A stretch of 64,000 nucleotides of DNA from Patescibacteria group bacterium (GCA_038063895.1 JBBTUG010000006.1:6701-70700), one strand, 5' to 3'; shown: positions 1-10,893, counted from the first letter of the stretch. The notes: generated by a model from the letters alone, not told the origin. Program-made: numbers and translations.

Positions 1-1470
1 GCCTTAAAACGCGGTTGGTTAATTCTCCTCATTTTGGGCGCCGTTTATTTCCTGACTTTTTCGGCGCTCTCAGTCCTGAAACACCGTTCTTTCCATTCGA
101 CCTATCTTGATTTGGGATTGGAAGCTCAATCGGTTTGGAATACGAGCCAAGGGCGGCCTTTACGGGTTTCGTTCGGTGAAAATGGAGAGGAAATATCCGC
201 GCTTTCGTACCATGTCAGCCCCGTTGTTGCTTTCCTGGCGCCTTTATACCGAGTTTGGCCGACTGTTGAGTTGCTGTTAATTATTCAGACCTTAATCCTT
301 ACTTTGGGCGCCGTTCCTCTGTATCTGCTGGCTAAGGACCTTTTGAAATCCCGGTTATTGCCCCTCATTGTGGTGATTTCCTATTTTCTTAGTCCGTCTC
401 TGCAGTGGTCGAACCTAAATGATTTCCACCCCCAAACTCTGGCCACTACCCCACTCCTGTTTCTTTTTTGGTTTTACTACAGAAAAAAATGGTTCTGGTT
501 CTTTCTGATGTTAGTTTTGTCGCTTCTCATCAAAGAAAATATCGCCTTAGTCACGGCCGTTTTCGGACTGTTGATTATATTTTCGAAAATTAAGCCATCC
601 TTTGAGAAACGGGAAACGCTTATTGGTCTGGCAGTTTTTATCCTCTCTTTATTCTGGTTCCTTAGCGCCGTTTATTTAATTATGCCGTTTTTTTCCGGCG
701 GAGCGATGGGGGCTTTGGGACGGTACGAATACTTGGGCCGCACCCCGGGGGAAATTATTTTCCGTCTGGCGACTGACTGGAATTTGGATTTAAAAATTCT
801 ACTGGTGCCGGCTAAAATTAAATATCTGTTTCATCTCCTCGTCTCCGCCGGCTTTTTTTCCCTACTAAGTCCTTTTTATCTGTTGCCCGCCGCGACTGAG
901 CTTATTCTGAACCTCTTTTCCGCCTATAATCCTCAATGGCAGGTAAAGTTCCATTACACGGCCGCGATTACCCCTTTTATCTATATTTCCGCCATTTATG
1001 GGATGAAACGATGCCGAACGTTTCTGGCAAAGAAATCTTTTGTAGCGCCCGTTTCCGAGATCATTATTGCATTTTATCTGGTAGCTATTTCGCTGTTGTG
1101 GAACTACGCGCACAGCCCCTCGCCCCTCGCGAAAGATTTTGATTCCTCTATCTACAAGGTTGCAGACAACGATGTGCAGCGGGAACGGGTTTTGCGAAGT
1201 CTACCGGTTTCGGCTTCCGTCTCCGCGATGAACAATCTTGGGGCGCACCTGGCCAACCGCCGTTACCTTTGGCGGTTCCCGATCGGGATTGAAAAGTCTG
1301 ATTTCATCGTCGTTGATCCGACCCTTCCCGGAACAAACTTTGATCTTTCCCAAATAGGTGCGGGCGAGTTTGATAAGATCTGGGGTCCACTGTTGACCGA
1401 CCAAAGATACGAAATATTTTTCCAGTCAAAGAACCTGTTTATCTTAAAAAGAAACTCTTTGCTAAACTAA
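1..1470 (+). CDS. DUF2079-family polytopic membrane protein (GT-C-like); 5'-partial
   Basis: Frame open from base 1; 'DLG..Q..WN', 'HVSP', 'DFHP', 'IKE', 'FHY' motifs; many TM segments. Confidence 0.8.
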   Translation, partial: ALKRGWLILLILGAVYFLTFSALSVLKHRSFHSTYLDLGLEAQSVWNTSQGRPLRVSFGENGEEISALSYHVSPVVAFLAPLYRVWPTVELLLIIQTLILTLGAVPLYLLAKDLLKSRLLPLIVVISYFLSPSLQWSNLNDFHPQTLATTPLLFLFWFYYRKKWFWFFLMLVLSLLIKENIALVTAVFGLLIIFSKIKPSFEKRETLIGLAVFILSLFWFLSAVYLIMPFFSGGAMGALGRYEYLGRTPGEIIFRLATDWNLDLKILLVPAKIKYLFHLLVSAGFFSLLSPFYLLPAATELILNLFSAYNPQWQVKFHYTAAITPFIYISAIYGMKRCRTFLAKKSFVAPVSEIIIAFYLVAISLLWNYAHSPSPLAKDFDSSIYKVADNDVQRERVLRSLPVSASVSAMNNLGAHLANRRYLWRFPIGIEKSDFIVVDPTLPGTNFDLSQIGAGEFDKIWGPLLTDQRYEIFFQSKNLFILKRNSLLN

Positions 1471-1480
1471 GAGACGAAAA

Positions 1481-2683
1481 ATGAAAATAATTTTTATAAC
1501 TTACGATCTGCCTTATCCGTTATCCTCCGGGGGGAAGATTAGGGCTTTCCAGATGCTCAAAGCCCTGTCTGCCCGGTATGAGATTACCCTTTATTCCTAC
1601 GTACGGACGGATCCCGACCCCGGACACCTGACGGAATTGCGGAAATACTGTCGGGAGATTCGGCTTTATCAACGGCAAAAAGTCTGGTCATTGGGCCATT
1701 TTCTCCGGGCAGGTTTCTCGGCGTTGCCGGGAACTATCGCTCACTACGTTTGTCCTAAACTTAAGCAGGATTTACTGACGGAGTTGACTACCGGAGGCTA
1801 CCTGGCAGTTCATTTCGAATCCTATTATTCGAGTCTGTATTTACCGGAGGTAAAGGCGCTTGGGATAAATACCATCCTTGGAACGGAAAATATCGAATAT
1901 GATCTTTATCGTAAATTTGTCCTTAGCCTTCCGTTTATAGCCTTGCCGCTCAAGGCCTTCCTTTATTTTGATCTTGGCAAGATGCGCCGTTTTGAAGAGA
2001 ACTCGTGGCGGTTGGCGGACTCCGTTCTCGCCGTTTCGGAGGAAGAGGCTGCCGTTATCTCAAAGGCGGCCGGAAGAGAGGTTCAAGTAGTCGCCAATGG
2101 GGTGGACATACGCCAGTTTGCCGCTGTTGCCAGAAAAGCCTCCGGGCCCCCGACGGTTATTTTTGTCGGTAACCTAAAATACCTCCAAAACGACCGGGGG
2201 ATTAAAAAATTTCTCTCCGTGACTTTGCCGATAATAAGAAAAGAATGTCCGGACTTAGTAGTTAAAATCGTCAGCAGCCACCGGCCCGCCTGGATTAACG
2301 ATTATCTGTCCGGGATTGAACTGATTATCGATAGTCAAACGCCTTTTTCCGAATTTGCGCCCCGAGCCGACGTGCTGATTAATCCGGTCGAAGTCAAAGG
2401 GGGCACCCGGATAAAATTGCTGGAAGGATTAGCCGCCGGGTTGCCGGTTGTTACTTATAGCTCAAGTCTTTCGGGGTTTGACCGGCTGGTACCGGGACGA
2501 GATTTACTGGTCGCGGAAACGCCGGAAAGTTTTGCGGCCTCGGTTGTCCGGCTTTTGGGTGACGCCGCCTTGCGTGATAAGATAGGCGCGGGTGGCCGGG
2601 AAGTGGCGGTCGGGAATTACAGTTGGGATAAAAGCATGGCTCGCCTTTTGAATATTTACCAAAAACTGATTATCGATGAATAA
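1481..2683 (+). CDS. Glycosyltransferase family 4
   Basis: 'PYPLSSGGKIR', 'NGVD', 'GGTRIKLLEGLAAGLPVV' GT-B motifs. Confidence 0.9.
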   Translation: MKIIFITYDLPYPLSSGGKIRAFQMLKALSARYEITLYSYVRTDPDPGHLTELRKYCREIRLYQRQKVWSLGHFLRAGFSALPGTIAHYVCPKLKQDLLTELTTGGYLAVHFESYYSSLYLPEVKALGINTILGTENIEYDLYRKFVLSLPFIALPLKAFLYFDLGKMRRFEENSWRLADSVLAVSEEEAAVISKAAGREVQVVANGVDIRQFAAVARKASGPPTVIFVGNLKYLQNDRGIKKFLSVTLPIIRKECPDLVVKIVSSHRPAWINDYLSGIELIIDSQTPFSEFAPRADVLINPVEVKGGTRIKLLEGLAAGLPVVTYSSSLSGFDRLVPGRDLLVAETPESFAASVVRLLGDAALRDKIGAGGREVAVGNYSWDKSMARLLNIYQKLIIDE

Positions 2684-5237
2684 AATATTCTTTAAAATAT
2701 ATCAGTTCGGTTTGGTTATTCTGGTGTTGCTTTTTCCTCTCGCCAACAGCGATCTTTATTATTTTGTTAATCCCAAGCTCTATCCTGCCCGGGCTTTTCT
2801 GGTAGTTTTAATATTATTTTCCGGGTTGGCGCTTATGGCTAATTTACTTAGGAAGAAGAGCGCCGGTTTTATCATCAACGAAATAAAATCCGACCAGTTC
2901 TTAAAGATAGTTTTGGCGCTTTTTGTCGTCCGGGCGGTATCGATTAACATGAGCCGAAATTACCAGGCTAGTTTTCTTCTTCTGGCATTTTTTGCCTCAA
3001 TGATCGCCCTTTATCTGATGCTAAAATATGTTTTTTCACGGGATGGTAAATTTCTATTTAATCTTTATTTAGTTCATCTCCTTGCCGTCGCCCTGATCGG
3101 TTTTTACGGAATAGCCCAAGCCTTGCTTCTGCTCATAGATATTAAACTGCCGGGAGTTTTGCTGGGGGGAACATTCCTCCGAGTCCCGGCGACTTTTTAC
3201 GATGCCAACCATCTGCCGGCTTACTTACTGACTGGTCTGCCGTTTATCCTGGTTTTTGGATGGATGCAGAGAAATAAGATTCTCGGAAGGCTCCTATTGG
3301 GGCTGACCGGACTTTTAGGGGTTGTCGTCCTCTTATCTTTTTCCCGGAGCGGGTTTGCCGGATTTTTTCTCAGTTTTGTCATTATATTCCTGAGTATTGT
3401 CCGTTTCGGTTACTGGCAAAAAGCCGCCCAGTTATTTTCCATCGTTGTGATTATCGCTTTCGTTATCTTTCTCTCCGGCCGGACTCAGTTTTCTTTGGTC
3501 AACCGACTTTTCGGTTCCTTCACTTCGGCAGAGAAGTCAACGGTCGCCCACGTGGCGCTGCTTTACGGCGAGTTTAAAATATTCCTCGACCATCCGGTTT
3601 TGGGTGTCGGGTACGGCAGTTTCAGTGAGTATTTCCGCAGCTCGGAAATCGGGCGGGAGCACGCCGTTGTCGATCCGGCGACCCAGGTTAGGATTCCGCC
3701 GCACAGTCTTTGGCTGGAGGCACTCAGCGAGACGGGGATCGTCGGCTTTTCGCTGTACTTATCACTTTTGCTGCTTATTTTTGAGTCATTGGTGAAAGCG
3801 TTGAGAAAGGTTAGTGGCAAAAAAGACCGCCTATATCTGACGGGATTACTGGCCGGATTTTTAGGTCTGAACCTGGCCAGCATCTTTTATTCTTTCAATC
3901 TCGAATTCTTTTGGTTCTATCTGATTTATTGCTATCTTTACAGCCGGAAAGTTTATCAGACGAAAGAGGCGCTACCGACACCGGCCGCTTTGGAGGAGAG
4001 CGAAAAACTGCCGTGGCGGGAAATCGGCGCAATGTTATTCACCGCGTTATTTTCCGGAATATTTATTTTTTGGGGTTTGGGTTGGGGACACCTACTCAGC
4101 GAGGAAGAGGGGTTAAATGCTTATCTCTCGAAATGGATGTTGCGCCGCTACGAAATGGGCTGGCCAGATTTTTGGATAACGCAGCTTCAGGCTTCCGGCT
4201 GGTTCCAAAAGACGCCGTTTGCCTATTGGCTGGGAACGGTAATGATGTTTCTCTACTACATCACGACTTTTTCGGCTAAATTCTTTCCCGCCTTTTTTGG
4301 CTGGCTGGCAACATTACTGGTTTACCTGCTCGGACGGCGTTTCTTCGGCCGAGGGGTGGCGATTCTTGCCGGGATGATCCTTGTGGCGCTGCCTCTCTTT
4401 TTGTTAAATGTCCGCACAGGCGCGGTTTATCCGATCCTGCTCTTCTACCTGTTGACCTTAGTATTAGCCGCTTCCCGGCTGCGGACTCAACCGACATTGT
4501 GGCTGGCGGCGGGAATCATCCAACTGCTGTTTTTCTTTACCGACCAGCAATTGGCGTGGTGGCCGTTTACGATTTTGAGCCTTTACGGAATCTTTCTTCT
4601 TTTCCGGGCCGGGAAAGCCATTCGCAAACGGGCCTATTTTCCGCTGCTTTGTTTTCTAAGTTACTTAGTCCTGGCGATAGTACCTTTTAGTTTTTGGTAC
4701 CAATCGATGGCCGCCAAATTCGGGGAAGCATTTATCCAAGGATTTCCCCTGACACCGGTGTTAATTTATAGTCCGTTGCTTCTTTTAGTTTTATTATCTT
4801 TAAGTTCCCTCATTCTGGCTTATTGGCTTACGCGCCGTCTCCATTTGTTTAACAGCGTCCGCTCCCGGCTGGTACTCGTTGTTTTCTTAGCCATTTTGGC
4901 TGGAACCGGGAATCTTCAAACGCGGCAGATTTCGCCGGACTACCGGCAACTAAAGCTGGCGGCCGCCAGATATAATGATAATGGCGACGGGAACATGCCC
5001 TTATTGGTGGATCATACCCCTTCCTGGGTCCTTACTTACTACAGCGAAATTCCGATTTGGTGGCGGACCGGACGGACGGACATGGAAAAATCTTTTCTTG
5101 ATGGTAAACTGAATAGCTTCTACGCGATTTTGCCGGGAGCCGACTTCCGGGTAATCCGGCGGCAGTTGGTCGGTCGTCAGATTGGGATTAAGATTGTTGC
5201 CGCGGCCGAAGACTGGGTTTTGGTCAAAAAGTGGTAA
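2676..5237 (+). CDS. O-antigen ligase-like domain fused to ArnT/PMT-like GT-C domain
   Basis: N half: 'TFYDAN', 'SFSRSG', 'P.LGVGYG.F', 'PHSLWLE.LSETG.VG'; C half: 'EEG..AY', 'KTPFAYWL' and TM array. Confidence 0.75.
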   Translation: MNKIFFKIYQFGLVILVLLFPLANSDLYYFVNPKLYPARAFLVVLILFSGLALMANLLRKKSAGFIINEIKSDQFLKIVLALFVVRAVSINMSRNYQASFLLLAFFASMIALYLMLKYVFSRDGKFLFNLYLVHLLAVALIGFYGIAQALLLLIDIKLPGVLLGGTFLRVPATFYDANHLPAYLLTGLPFILVFGWMQRNKILGRLLLGLTGLLGVVVLLSFSRSGFAGFFLSFVIIFLSIVRFGYWQKAAQLFSIVVIIAFVIFLSGRTQFSLVNRLFGSFTSAEKSTVAHVALLYGEFKIFLDHPVLGVGYGSFSEYFRSSEIGREHAVVDPATQVRIPPHSLWLEALSETGIVGFSLYLSLLLLIFESLVKALRKVSGKKDRLYLTGLLAGFLGLNLASIFYSFNLEFFWFYLIYCYLYSRKVYQTKEALPTPAALEESEKLPWREIGAMLFTALFSGIFIFWGLGWGHLLSEEEGLNAYLSKWMLRRYEMGWPDFWITQLQASGWFQKTPFAYWLGTVMMFLYYITTFSAKFFPAFFGWLATLLVYLLGRRFFGRGVAILAGMILVALPLFLLNVRTGAVYPILLFYLLTLVLAASRLRTQPTLWLAAGIIQLLFFFTDQQLAWWPFTILSLYGIFLLFRAGKAIRKRAYFPLLCFLSYLVLAIVPFSFWYQSMAAKFGEAFIQGFPLTPVLIYSPLLLLVLLSLSSLILAYWLTRRLHLFNSVRSRLVLVVFLAILAGTGNLQTRQISPDYRQLKLAAARYNDNGDGNMPLLVDHTPSWVLTYYSEIPIWWRTGRTDMEKSFLDGKLNSFYAILPGADFRVIRRQLVGRQIGIKIVAAAEDWVLVKKW

Positions 5238-5239
5238 GT

Positions 5240-5941
5240 ATGAATAAACTGAAAGAACTATCTGTCTTTTTCCCGATATATAACGAGGAGAAAAATATCC
5301 GTACGACATTCGCGAAAACGTTAGCGGTTTTGCCGACTGTCGCCGAGAAGTTTGAAATTCTCCTGGTTAATGACGGTTCCAGTGACCGGACCGGTAAAGT
5401 TCTCGAAGAACTCGCGGCGGGCAACCCCCTTGTCAGAGTTATTACCCATCCCGTTAACCGCGGCTACGGCGCGGCTTTAAAAAGCGGTTTGTACGGAGCG
5501 GCCTACGAGTGGGTGGCCTTTACCGATTCGGACGGGCAGTTTGATTTTTCGGAAATCACCCGCTTTATCGAAACCCAGGCTAAAACCGGCGCCGATATGG
5601 TTATTGGCTATTATCTTCACCGGGCCGTTCCTTTCTACCGGAAAGTTAATTCTTTCCTTTGGCAATTTACCGTGCTCCTTTTTTTCGGCCTTTCCGTCCG
5701 GGACATTGATTGCGGTTTTAAGCTCTTCCGAAAAAAAGTAATTGAAACCATTCCACCCTTGGAGTCGGAACGCGGAGCGTTTATCAGCACCGAGTTCCTA
5801 ATTAAAGCGAAGAAATCAGGGTTTAAAATGGTCGAAATCGGTGTCCACCATTATCCCGCCACCCGGCCGGGGACAGGGGCGAATCTGAACGTGATTCTCA
5901 AAAGCTTTTCCGACCTGTTCAAACTTCGGCGGCGTTTATGA
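5240..5941 (+). CDS. GT2 polyprenol-phosphate glycosyltransferase (DPM1-like)
   Basis: 'PIYNEE', 'VNDGSSDRT', 'NRGYG', 'DSDGQF', 'DIDCGFK'. Confidence 0.9.
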   Translation: MNKLKELSVFFPIYNEEKNIRTTFAKTLAVLPTVAEKFEILLVNDGSSDRTGKVLEELAAGNPLVRVITHPVNRGYGAALKSGLYGAAYEWVAFTDSDGQFDFSEITRFIETQAKTGADMVIGYYLHRAVPFYRKVNSFLWQFTVLLFFGLSVRDIDCGFKLFRKKVIETIPPLESERGAFISTEFLIKAKKSGFKMVEIGVHHYPATRPGTGANLNVILKSFSDLFKLRRRL

Positions 5942-7206
5942 ATATCGGGATTATTGGCGGGGGATTAACGGGGCTGACGGCAGCCCTAAGACTGGCGCAG
6001 AAAGGCGAATCCGTAACCGTTTTCGAAAGCTCGGATAGTTGGGGCGGCCTGGCCTCGGCTTATGAAATTATTCCCGGCGTTTTAATCGAGCGTTTTTACC
6101 ACCATATTTTTACCAATGATCGGGATATTCTCTCTCTCTGCGCGGAGCTTAAGATTTCCGGGAAACTGAAAGTTCTTGACGGGAAAACCTCGCATCTTTA
6201 TCAAGGCAAAATTTATCCCCTCGATACTCCGTTGACGGTTTTAAAATTTTCGCCCTTAAGTTTTTTCGACCGGATCCGTTTTGGCCTTGTTACCCTTTAC
6301 CTAAAATTAAAAACCAGTCCGGGATACTTCGACCGGGTAACCGCCGTGGCTTGGCTTGAAAAATGGTACGGGAAAAGGGCCTACGGGATTGTCTGGCAGC
6401 CTTTGCTGCGGGGAAAGTTTGCCGCGGACTACGACAAAATCTCGATGACCTGGTTTTGGGCCCGGGTGAAAAAAAGAACATCGAAGCTGATATATCCGGA
6501 CGGCAGCTTTCAGGTGTTAATTACTGCCTTAACCGAGGAGATTCTCCGGCTTCGCGGAAGTCTCCGGCTGGGGGTTAATTTGGAGAGTGTGATGCCCGAA
6601 GGAAACGGCTGGAAAGTTACTGTAGGGGGTTTTCCCCTGTATTTCGATAAATTGATTACCACGACTTCCCTGCCGACTTTTTTGCGGATGTTTCCGGCCC
6701 TGCCCGTGCTTTACCGGAGTCAGCTCGCTTCGATCAAATATCTGACGGCCCAGGTAATGGTTTTGGTTTTAAAAAACCGTTTAAGCGCCAACTACTGGAT
6801 GAACGTTGGGGAGACGGATTTTCCGTTTCTGGTGGTCGGGGAGCAAAGCAACCTGTTCGGGACGGAGTATTATAAGGGCCGCTCCGTGGTGTATTTAGGC
6901 AACTATCTGATGGATACCGAGGCGCGACTGAAAATGGATGAAAAAGAATTACTGGCTCTTTACGAACCATACTTAAAGAAGATTAATCCGCGATTTGAAA
7001 CAGACTGGGTCGAGAAAGTAGCAAATTTCGTCGGACCTTTCGCCCAGCCGGTCGTTGATTTAGCTTATCGTGATAAGATCCCACCGCTTCCGGTTCCGGG
7101 CTACAGTAACTTATTTCTGGCGACAATGGCTCAAGTTTATCCTTGGGACCGGGGAACCAATTACAGCGTGAAGCTCGCTAATGAGCTGGTCGCGCAATTT
7201 TTTTAA
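5938..7206 (+). CDS. FAD-dependent oxidoreductase (amine oxidase/HemY-like)
   Basis: 'GIIGGGLTG' Rossmann motif, 'GGLA', 'ERFYHH', 'YPWDRGTN'. Confidence 0.85.
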   Translation: MNIGIIGGGLTGLTAALRLAQKGESVTVFESSDSWGGLASAYEIIPGVLIERFYHHIFTNDRDILSLCAELKISGKLKVLDGKTSHLYQGKIYPLDTPLTVLKFSPLSFFDRIRFGLVTLYLKLKTSPGYFDRVTAVAWLEKWYGKRAYGIVWQPLLRGKFAADYDKISMTWFWARVKKRTSKLIYPDGSFQVLITALTEEILRLRGSLRLGVNLESVMPEGNGWKVTVGGFPLYFDKLITTTSLPTFLRMFPALPVLYRSQLASIKYLTAQVMVLVLKNRLSANYWMNVGETDFPFLVVGEQSNLFGTEYYKGRSVVYLGNYLMDTEARLKMDEKELLALYEPYLKKINPRFETDWVEKVANFVGPFAQPVVDLAYRDKIPPLPVPGYSNLFLATMAQVYPWDRGTNYSVKLANELVAQFF

Positions 7207-7210
7207 ACAG

Positions 7211-8344
7211 ATGAAAATCGGAATTGATGCCCGTTTTTACAATGAGGCCGGACCGGGCCGTTATGTTAAGAACTTAATTTCCGAACTGGAAAAAATTGAT
7301 TCCGATAATACTTATTTTATTTTTTTAAAAAAATCCAATTACGACAGCTATATTCCGATTAACCCTAAGTTTAAAAAAATCTCCGCCCCCTACCAGTGGT
7401 ATAGCCTCAGTGAGCAGCTTTTGTTTCCTTTTAAAATTCTTTTGAGCGGAGTTGACCTGATGCACTTTACCCAATTCAATATTCCGGTCTTTTGGCCCGG
7501 CCCCTTTATCGTGACCATCCACGACATGATTATGCACGAATACTCCACCGAGAGGGACACCACCCGTTTTCCTTTTATCTATTGTCTGAAAAAAACTATC
7601 TACCTTATTGTTTTCCGGCTTGCCTGTTCCCGGGCCCGGCATATCCTGGTTCCCAGCCTTGCCACCCGCGACGATTTGGTGAATAAACTGAAAATACATA
7701 AAGAGAAAATTACCGTGACTTACGAAGGCGTGGGGGTGGAACCGGTTCAAGCTGAGGATGAGCCCGGAATCTTAGAAAAGTATGGAGTCCGCAGCCCGTA
7801 TCTACTGTACGTCGGGAGCATGTATCCGCACAAAAACTTAGAGCGGCTGATTTCCGCTTTTCAGTTGCTCTTGGGTAAGTTTCATTATCCCGGGAAGTTG
7901 GTGATTATCGGGAAGGAGAGCGATTTTTCCCGGCGTCTGCGCAGTTTAGTGGTCGGATTGGGTTTGGAAAAAGACGTGATCTTTCCCGGGGCGCAGTCTT
8001 CCGATGGTTACCTATCCGACCGGGAAGTTGCCGCTTTTTACCGGCAGGCGCAGTTGTATGTCTTCCCATCGTTAAAAGAAGGTTTCGGTTTGCCGACTCT
8101 GGAAGCGATGCGTTTTGGAATTCCAGTCGCGGCTTCGCGGGTCAGTTGCATTCCGGAGATTTGCGCACAGGCAGCGGTTTACTTCGACCCGGGTTCTCCC
8201 GAAGATATGGCGGAGAAAATCAACGGATTACTTACTGATGAAGATTTACGGAAAAGGCTGATTACGGCCGGCTATTCCCGGGCTGCTGAATTTTCCTGGA
8301 AAACGATGGCGGAGATGACTTTGTCGGCTTACCTCCGTTTGTGA
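7211..8344 (+). CDS. Glycosyltransferase family 4 (mannosyltransferase-like)
   Basis: 'MKIGIDARF', 'VTIHD', 'PHKN', 'EGFGLPTLEAM'; start taken at ATG 7211. Confidence 0.9.
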   Translation: MKIGIDARFYNEAGPGRYVKNLISELEKIDSDNTYFIFLKKSNYDSYIPINPKFKKISAPYQWYSLSEQLLFPFKILLSGVDLMHFTQFNIPVFWPGPFIVTIHDMIMHEYSTERDTTRFPFIYCLKKTIYLIVFRLACSRARHILVPSLATRDDLVNKLKIHKEKITVTYEGVGVEPVQAEDEPGILEKYGVRSPYLLYVGSMYPHKNLERLISAFQLLLGKFHYPGKLVIIGKESDFSRRLRSLVVGLGLEKDVIFPGAQSSDGYLSDREVAAFYRQAQLYVFPSLKEGFGLPTLEAMRFGIPVAASRVSCIPEICAQAAVYFDPGSPEDMAEKINGLLTDEDLRKRLITAGYSRAAEFSWKTMAEMTLSAYLRL

Positions 8345-8369
8345 TATCCTTCTGTCAGTTGCTTCAACG

Positions 8370-9002
8370 ATGCTTATGATCGGGCGTAGTTACGAAATTG
8401 CTAAGCGGGTGACGGACATTATTATTTCTTTAATATGTTTTCTGTTACTTTCTCCGCTGTTCCTGGTTGTTAGTGTTTTAATTAAGCTGGACGACGGCGG
8501 TAAAGTGATTTATTTCCACGACCGCTGCGGCCGGGGACGGAAAACTTTCCGTCTTTATAAATTCCGTTCAATGGTTGAAAATGCCGATGATCTTCTTTTT
8601 TCGGATCCGAAGTTTCTGGAGCAGCTCCGTAGCGGGGTCCACAAAATTCCGAACGATCCGCGGATTACCCGGATCGGTAAGTTCATCCGGAAATACAGTA
8701 TTGATGAGCTGCCGCAGTTCATCAACGTTTTAAAGGGGGATATGAGCGTGGTCGGACCCCGGGCCTATCGGCCGGACGAGATGCAGAAGTTCGAGCAGGA
8801 CTGCCCCCAGATGGCGGGGGAAATTAACGATATTATGTCAGTCAAGCCGGGGATTACCGGTCTGTGGCAGGTCAGCGGCCGTTCAAAAATACCTTTCGAA
8901 AAGCGGGTCGTAATGGAAGCTTTCTACGCCCGGAAGAAATCGTTGGTCTTAGATTGGATTATAATGTTGAGAACGCCCCTGGCGATTATTGAAGGAGTCT
9001 AG
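8370..9002 (+). CDS. Bacterial sugar transferase (initiating phosphoglycosyl transferase)
   Basis: 'KR..DI', 'KFRSM', 'DPRIT', 'DELPQ', 'GDMSVVGPR', 'KPGITGLWQ'. Confidence 0.93.
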   Translation: MLMIGRSYEIAKRVTDIIISLICFLLLSPLFLVVSVLIKLDDGGKVIYFHDRCGRGRKTFRLYKFRSMVENADDLLFSDPKFLEQLRSGVHKIPNDPRITRIGKFIRKYSIDELPQFINVLKGDMSVVGPRAYRPDEMQKFEQDCPQMAGEINDIMSVKPGITGLWQVSGRSKIPFEKRVVMEAFYARKKSLVLDWIIMLRTPLAIIEGV

Positions 9003-9004
9003 CG

Positions 9005-10849
9005 ATGATTTTAACGGAAACAAAAAAGGGAAACAAAGTAAACAAAAGGAAACTGAAAATGGTATCGGTTATCATAGGTCTCTTGGCCGTTTTCGGCTAT
9101 TTTTTCGCTCTCAGTCCGGTTTTGGCAACGTTACATACCGCAAAACTGCTAACAGCCGATTTCAAATACTTTAAGGACGGAATTATTCTGCAAAATCTTC
9201 CCCAAATGAAAAATGCCATCACCGCCGCCGAAAAAGATGCGAAATCTCTAAAAAATAACTCCCAGCTGCTGGTGTGGCTAAATGTCGTTCCGGTGCTTAA
9301 CGGTTACTACAGTGACCTGGTCAACGGGTCGGAGGCACTTCTGCACGGGGTCCGCGCAGTGGGGTTGGTTCTGGATGCGGCTACGCCTGAGGCCGCCAGT
9401 TTGGGTTTTTCCCCTTCGGGGGCTAAGATTCCGATTTCCGGCCAGGATAGAATTTCCGGCTTGGTTAAAATCGCCCCCCTGCTTAGCGGTCAGTATGAAG
9501 AAATCGCGGCGGAGCTTACGCAAATTCAGAATAGTTTTAACCGGATTGACCCGAATAGATACCCGGAAACCTATTCCGGAAAGCCCCTTCGGGGAATTCT
9601 TACAAGCGTTAGGGATGCTTTGGAAACCGTTGGCGGAAACTCTACCGATCTGAAGGCTTTTCTTGACGCTGTCCCCGAAGTCCTCGGCGCCACCGAGGCT
9701 AAGACTTACTTGGTTCTTTTCCAGAATGATAAGGAGTTGCGTCCGACCGGCGGCTTTTGGACAGCTTACGCGCTCCTTCGGATGGAAAAAGGAAAGATTG
9801 TCAGTATTCAGGCCGGTGATATTTATTTTTTGGATATCGACAACCGTGTGGCTTTTTACCCGACCCCGCCGGCGGTTATCCAAAAATACTTAAAGCTTGA
9901 TAAGTGGTATATCCGAGATACAAATATGTCCCCCGATTTCCGGAAATCGATTGAGCTGTTTAACGAGTTTTGGGCCCGGGTTCCGGGGGTTCCGAAAACG
10001 GACGGCATTTTCGCTATTGATACCGCCTTTGTTCAGGGACTGTTAACGGTTTTAGGAGATATTAAAATACCGAATTACGAAACGTTTACCAGCGAGAATG
10101 TGGTTTATCAGTTGGAGCTGGTGGCAAACGTTTTGGGCAGTCGGGAGGAGAAACGCGGAGGCCGCAAGGATATCATCGGGGTTTTGATGCGGGAGATGAT
10201 GTCGAAAGCTTTCGCCCTCCCGTCCAATCAATACGATAAGATTATCGGGAAAGTAATGGATATGGCCGTGAAGAAACACCTGCTTTTGTATTTTAATAAT
10301 CCTGAAGCCCAGGCGCTGGCGGAGAAATATAATCTGGCCGGGCGGATTAATGATTTCGACGGCGATTATCTTCACGTGAACGATGCGAATTTAGGCGGAC
10401 GGAAAGCGAATATGTATATGAAGGAAGATATAAGCAAAGAGATAAAAATGTTGGGCGGCGGCAAAGAGGTTTTAAGCACGGTGACCGTTGATTATGAAAA
10501 TACCGGCAGTTACAACGCCGATTGGAATACCGGCTATCGGGATTACGTCCGGGTTTATGTTCCGAAAGGCTCCGAGCTGATTTCCGGTTCGGGTTCTTTG
10601 GAAACGATTACCAGCGGCGAAGACTTAGGCCGAACCTACTTCGATGCCTATATGGCCGTCAATCCGTTACAAAAAGCAAAGCTGACTTTAACTTACCGGT
10701 TGCCTTCGGGTCTGATAAAGAACGGACAGCCGTACCAATTGCTTATCCAGAAGCAGCCCGGAACCGACGGGCAGAACTACACGGTTTCTGTTGGAAACAA
10801 GAAAGAAAGTTTTGTTTTAGAGACCGACCGGATTGTGGAAATTAAATAG
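9005..10849 (+). CDS. DUF4012 domain-containing membrane-anchored protein
   Basis: N-terminal TM; 'YLVLFQN.KELRPTGGF', 'RDTN.SPDF', 'QKQPG'. Confidence 0.85.
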   Translation: MILTETKKGNKVNKRKLKMVSVIIGLLAVFGYFFALSPVLATLHTAKLLTADFKYFKDGIILQNLPQMKNAITAAEKDAKSLKNNSQLLVWLNVVPVLNGYYSDLVNGSEALLHGVRAVGLVLDAATPEAASLGFSPSGAKIPISGQDRISGLVKIAPLLSGQYEEIAAELTQIQNSFNRIDPNRYPETYSGKPLRGILTSVRDALETVGGNSTDLKAFLDAVPEVLGATEAKTYLVLFQNDKELRPTGGFWTAYALLRMEKGKIVSIQAGDIYFLDIDNRVAFYPTPPAVIQKYLKLDKWYIRDTNMSPDFRKSIELFNEFWARVPGVPKTDGIFAIDTAFVQGLLTVLGDIKIPNYETFTSENVVYQLELVANVLGSREEKRGGRKDIIGVLMREMMSKAFALPSNQYDKIIGKVMDMAVKKHLLLYFNNPEAQALAEKYNLAGRINDFDGDYLHVNDANLGGRKANMYMKEDISKEIKMLGGGKEVLSTVTVDYENTGSYNADWNTGYRDYVRVYVPKGSELISGSGSLETITSGEDLGRTYFDAYMAVNPLQKAKLTLTYRLPSGLIKNGQPYQLLIQKQPGTDGQNYTVSVGNKKESFVLETDRIVEIK

Positions 10850-10893
10850 TTACCCCGTTTCCGTTTTCTTCCCGCTGTTATACTTAGTTTATT

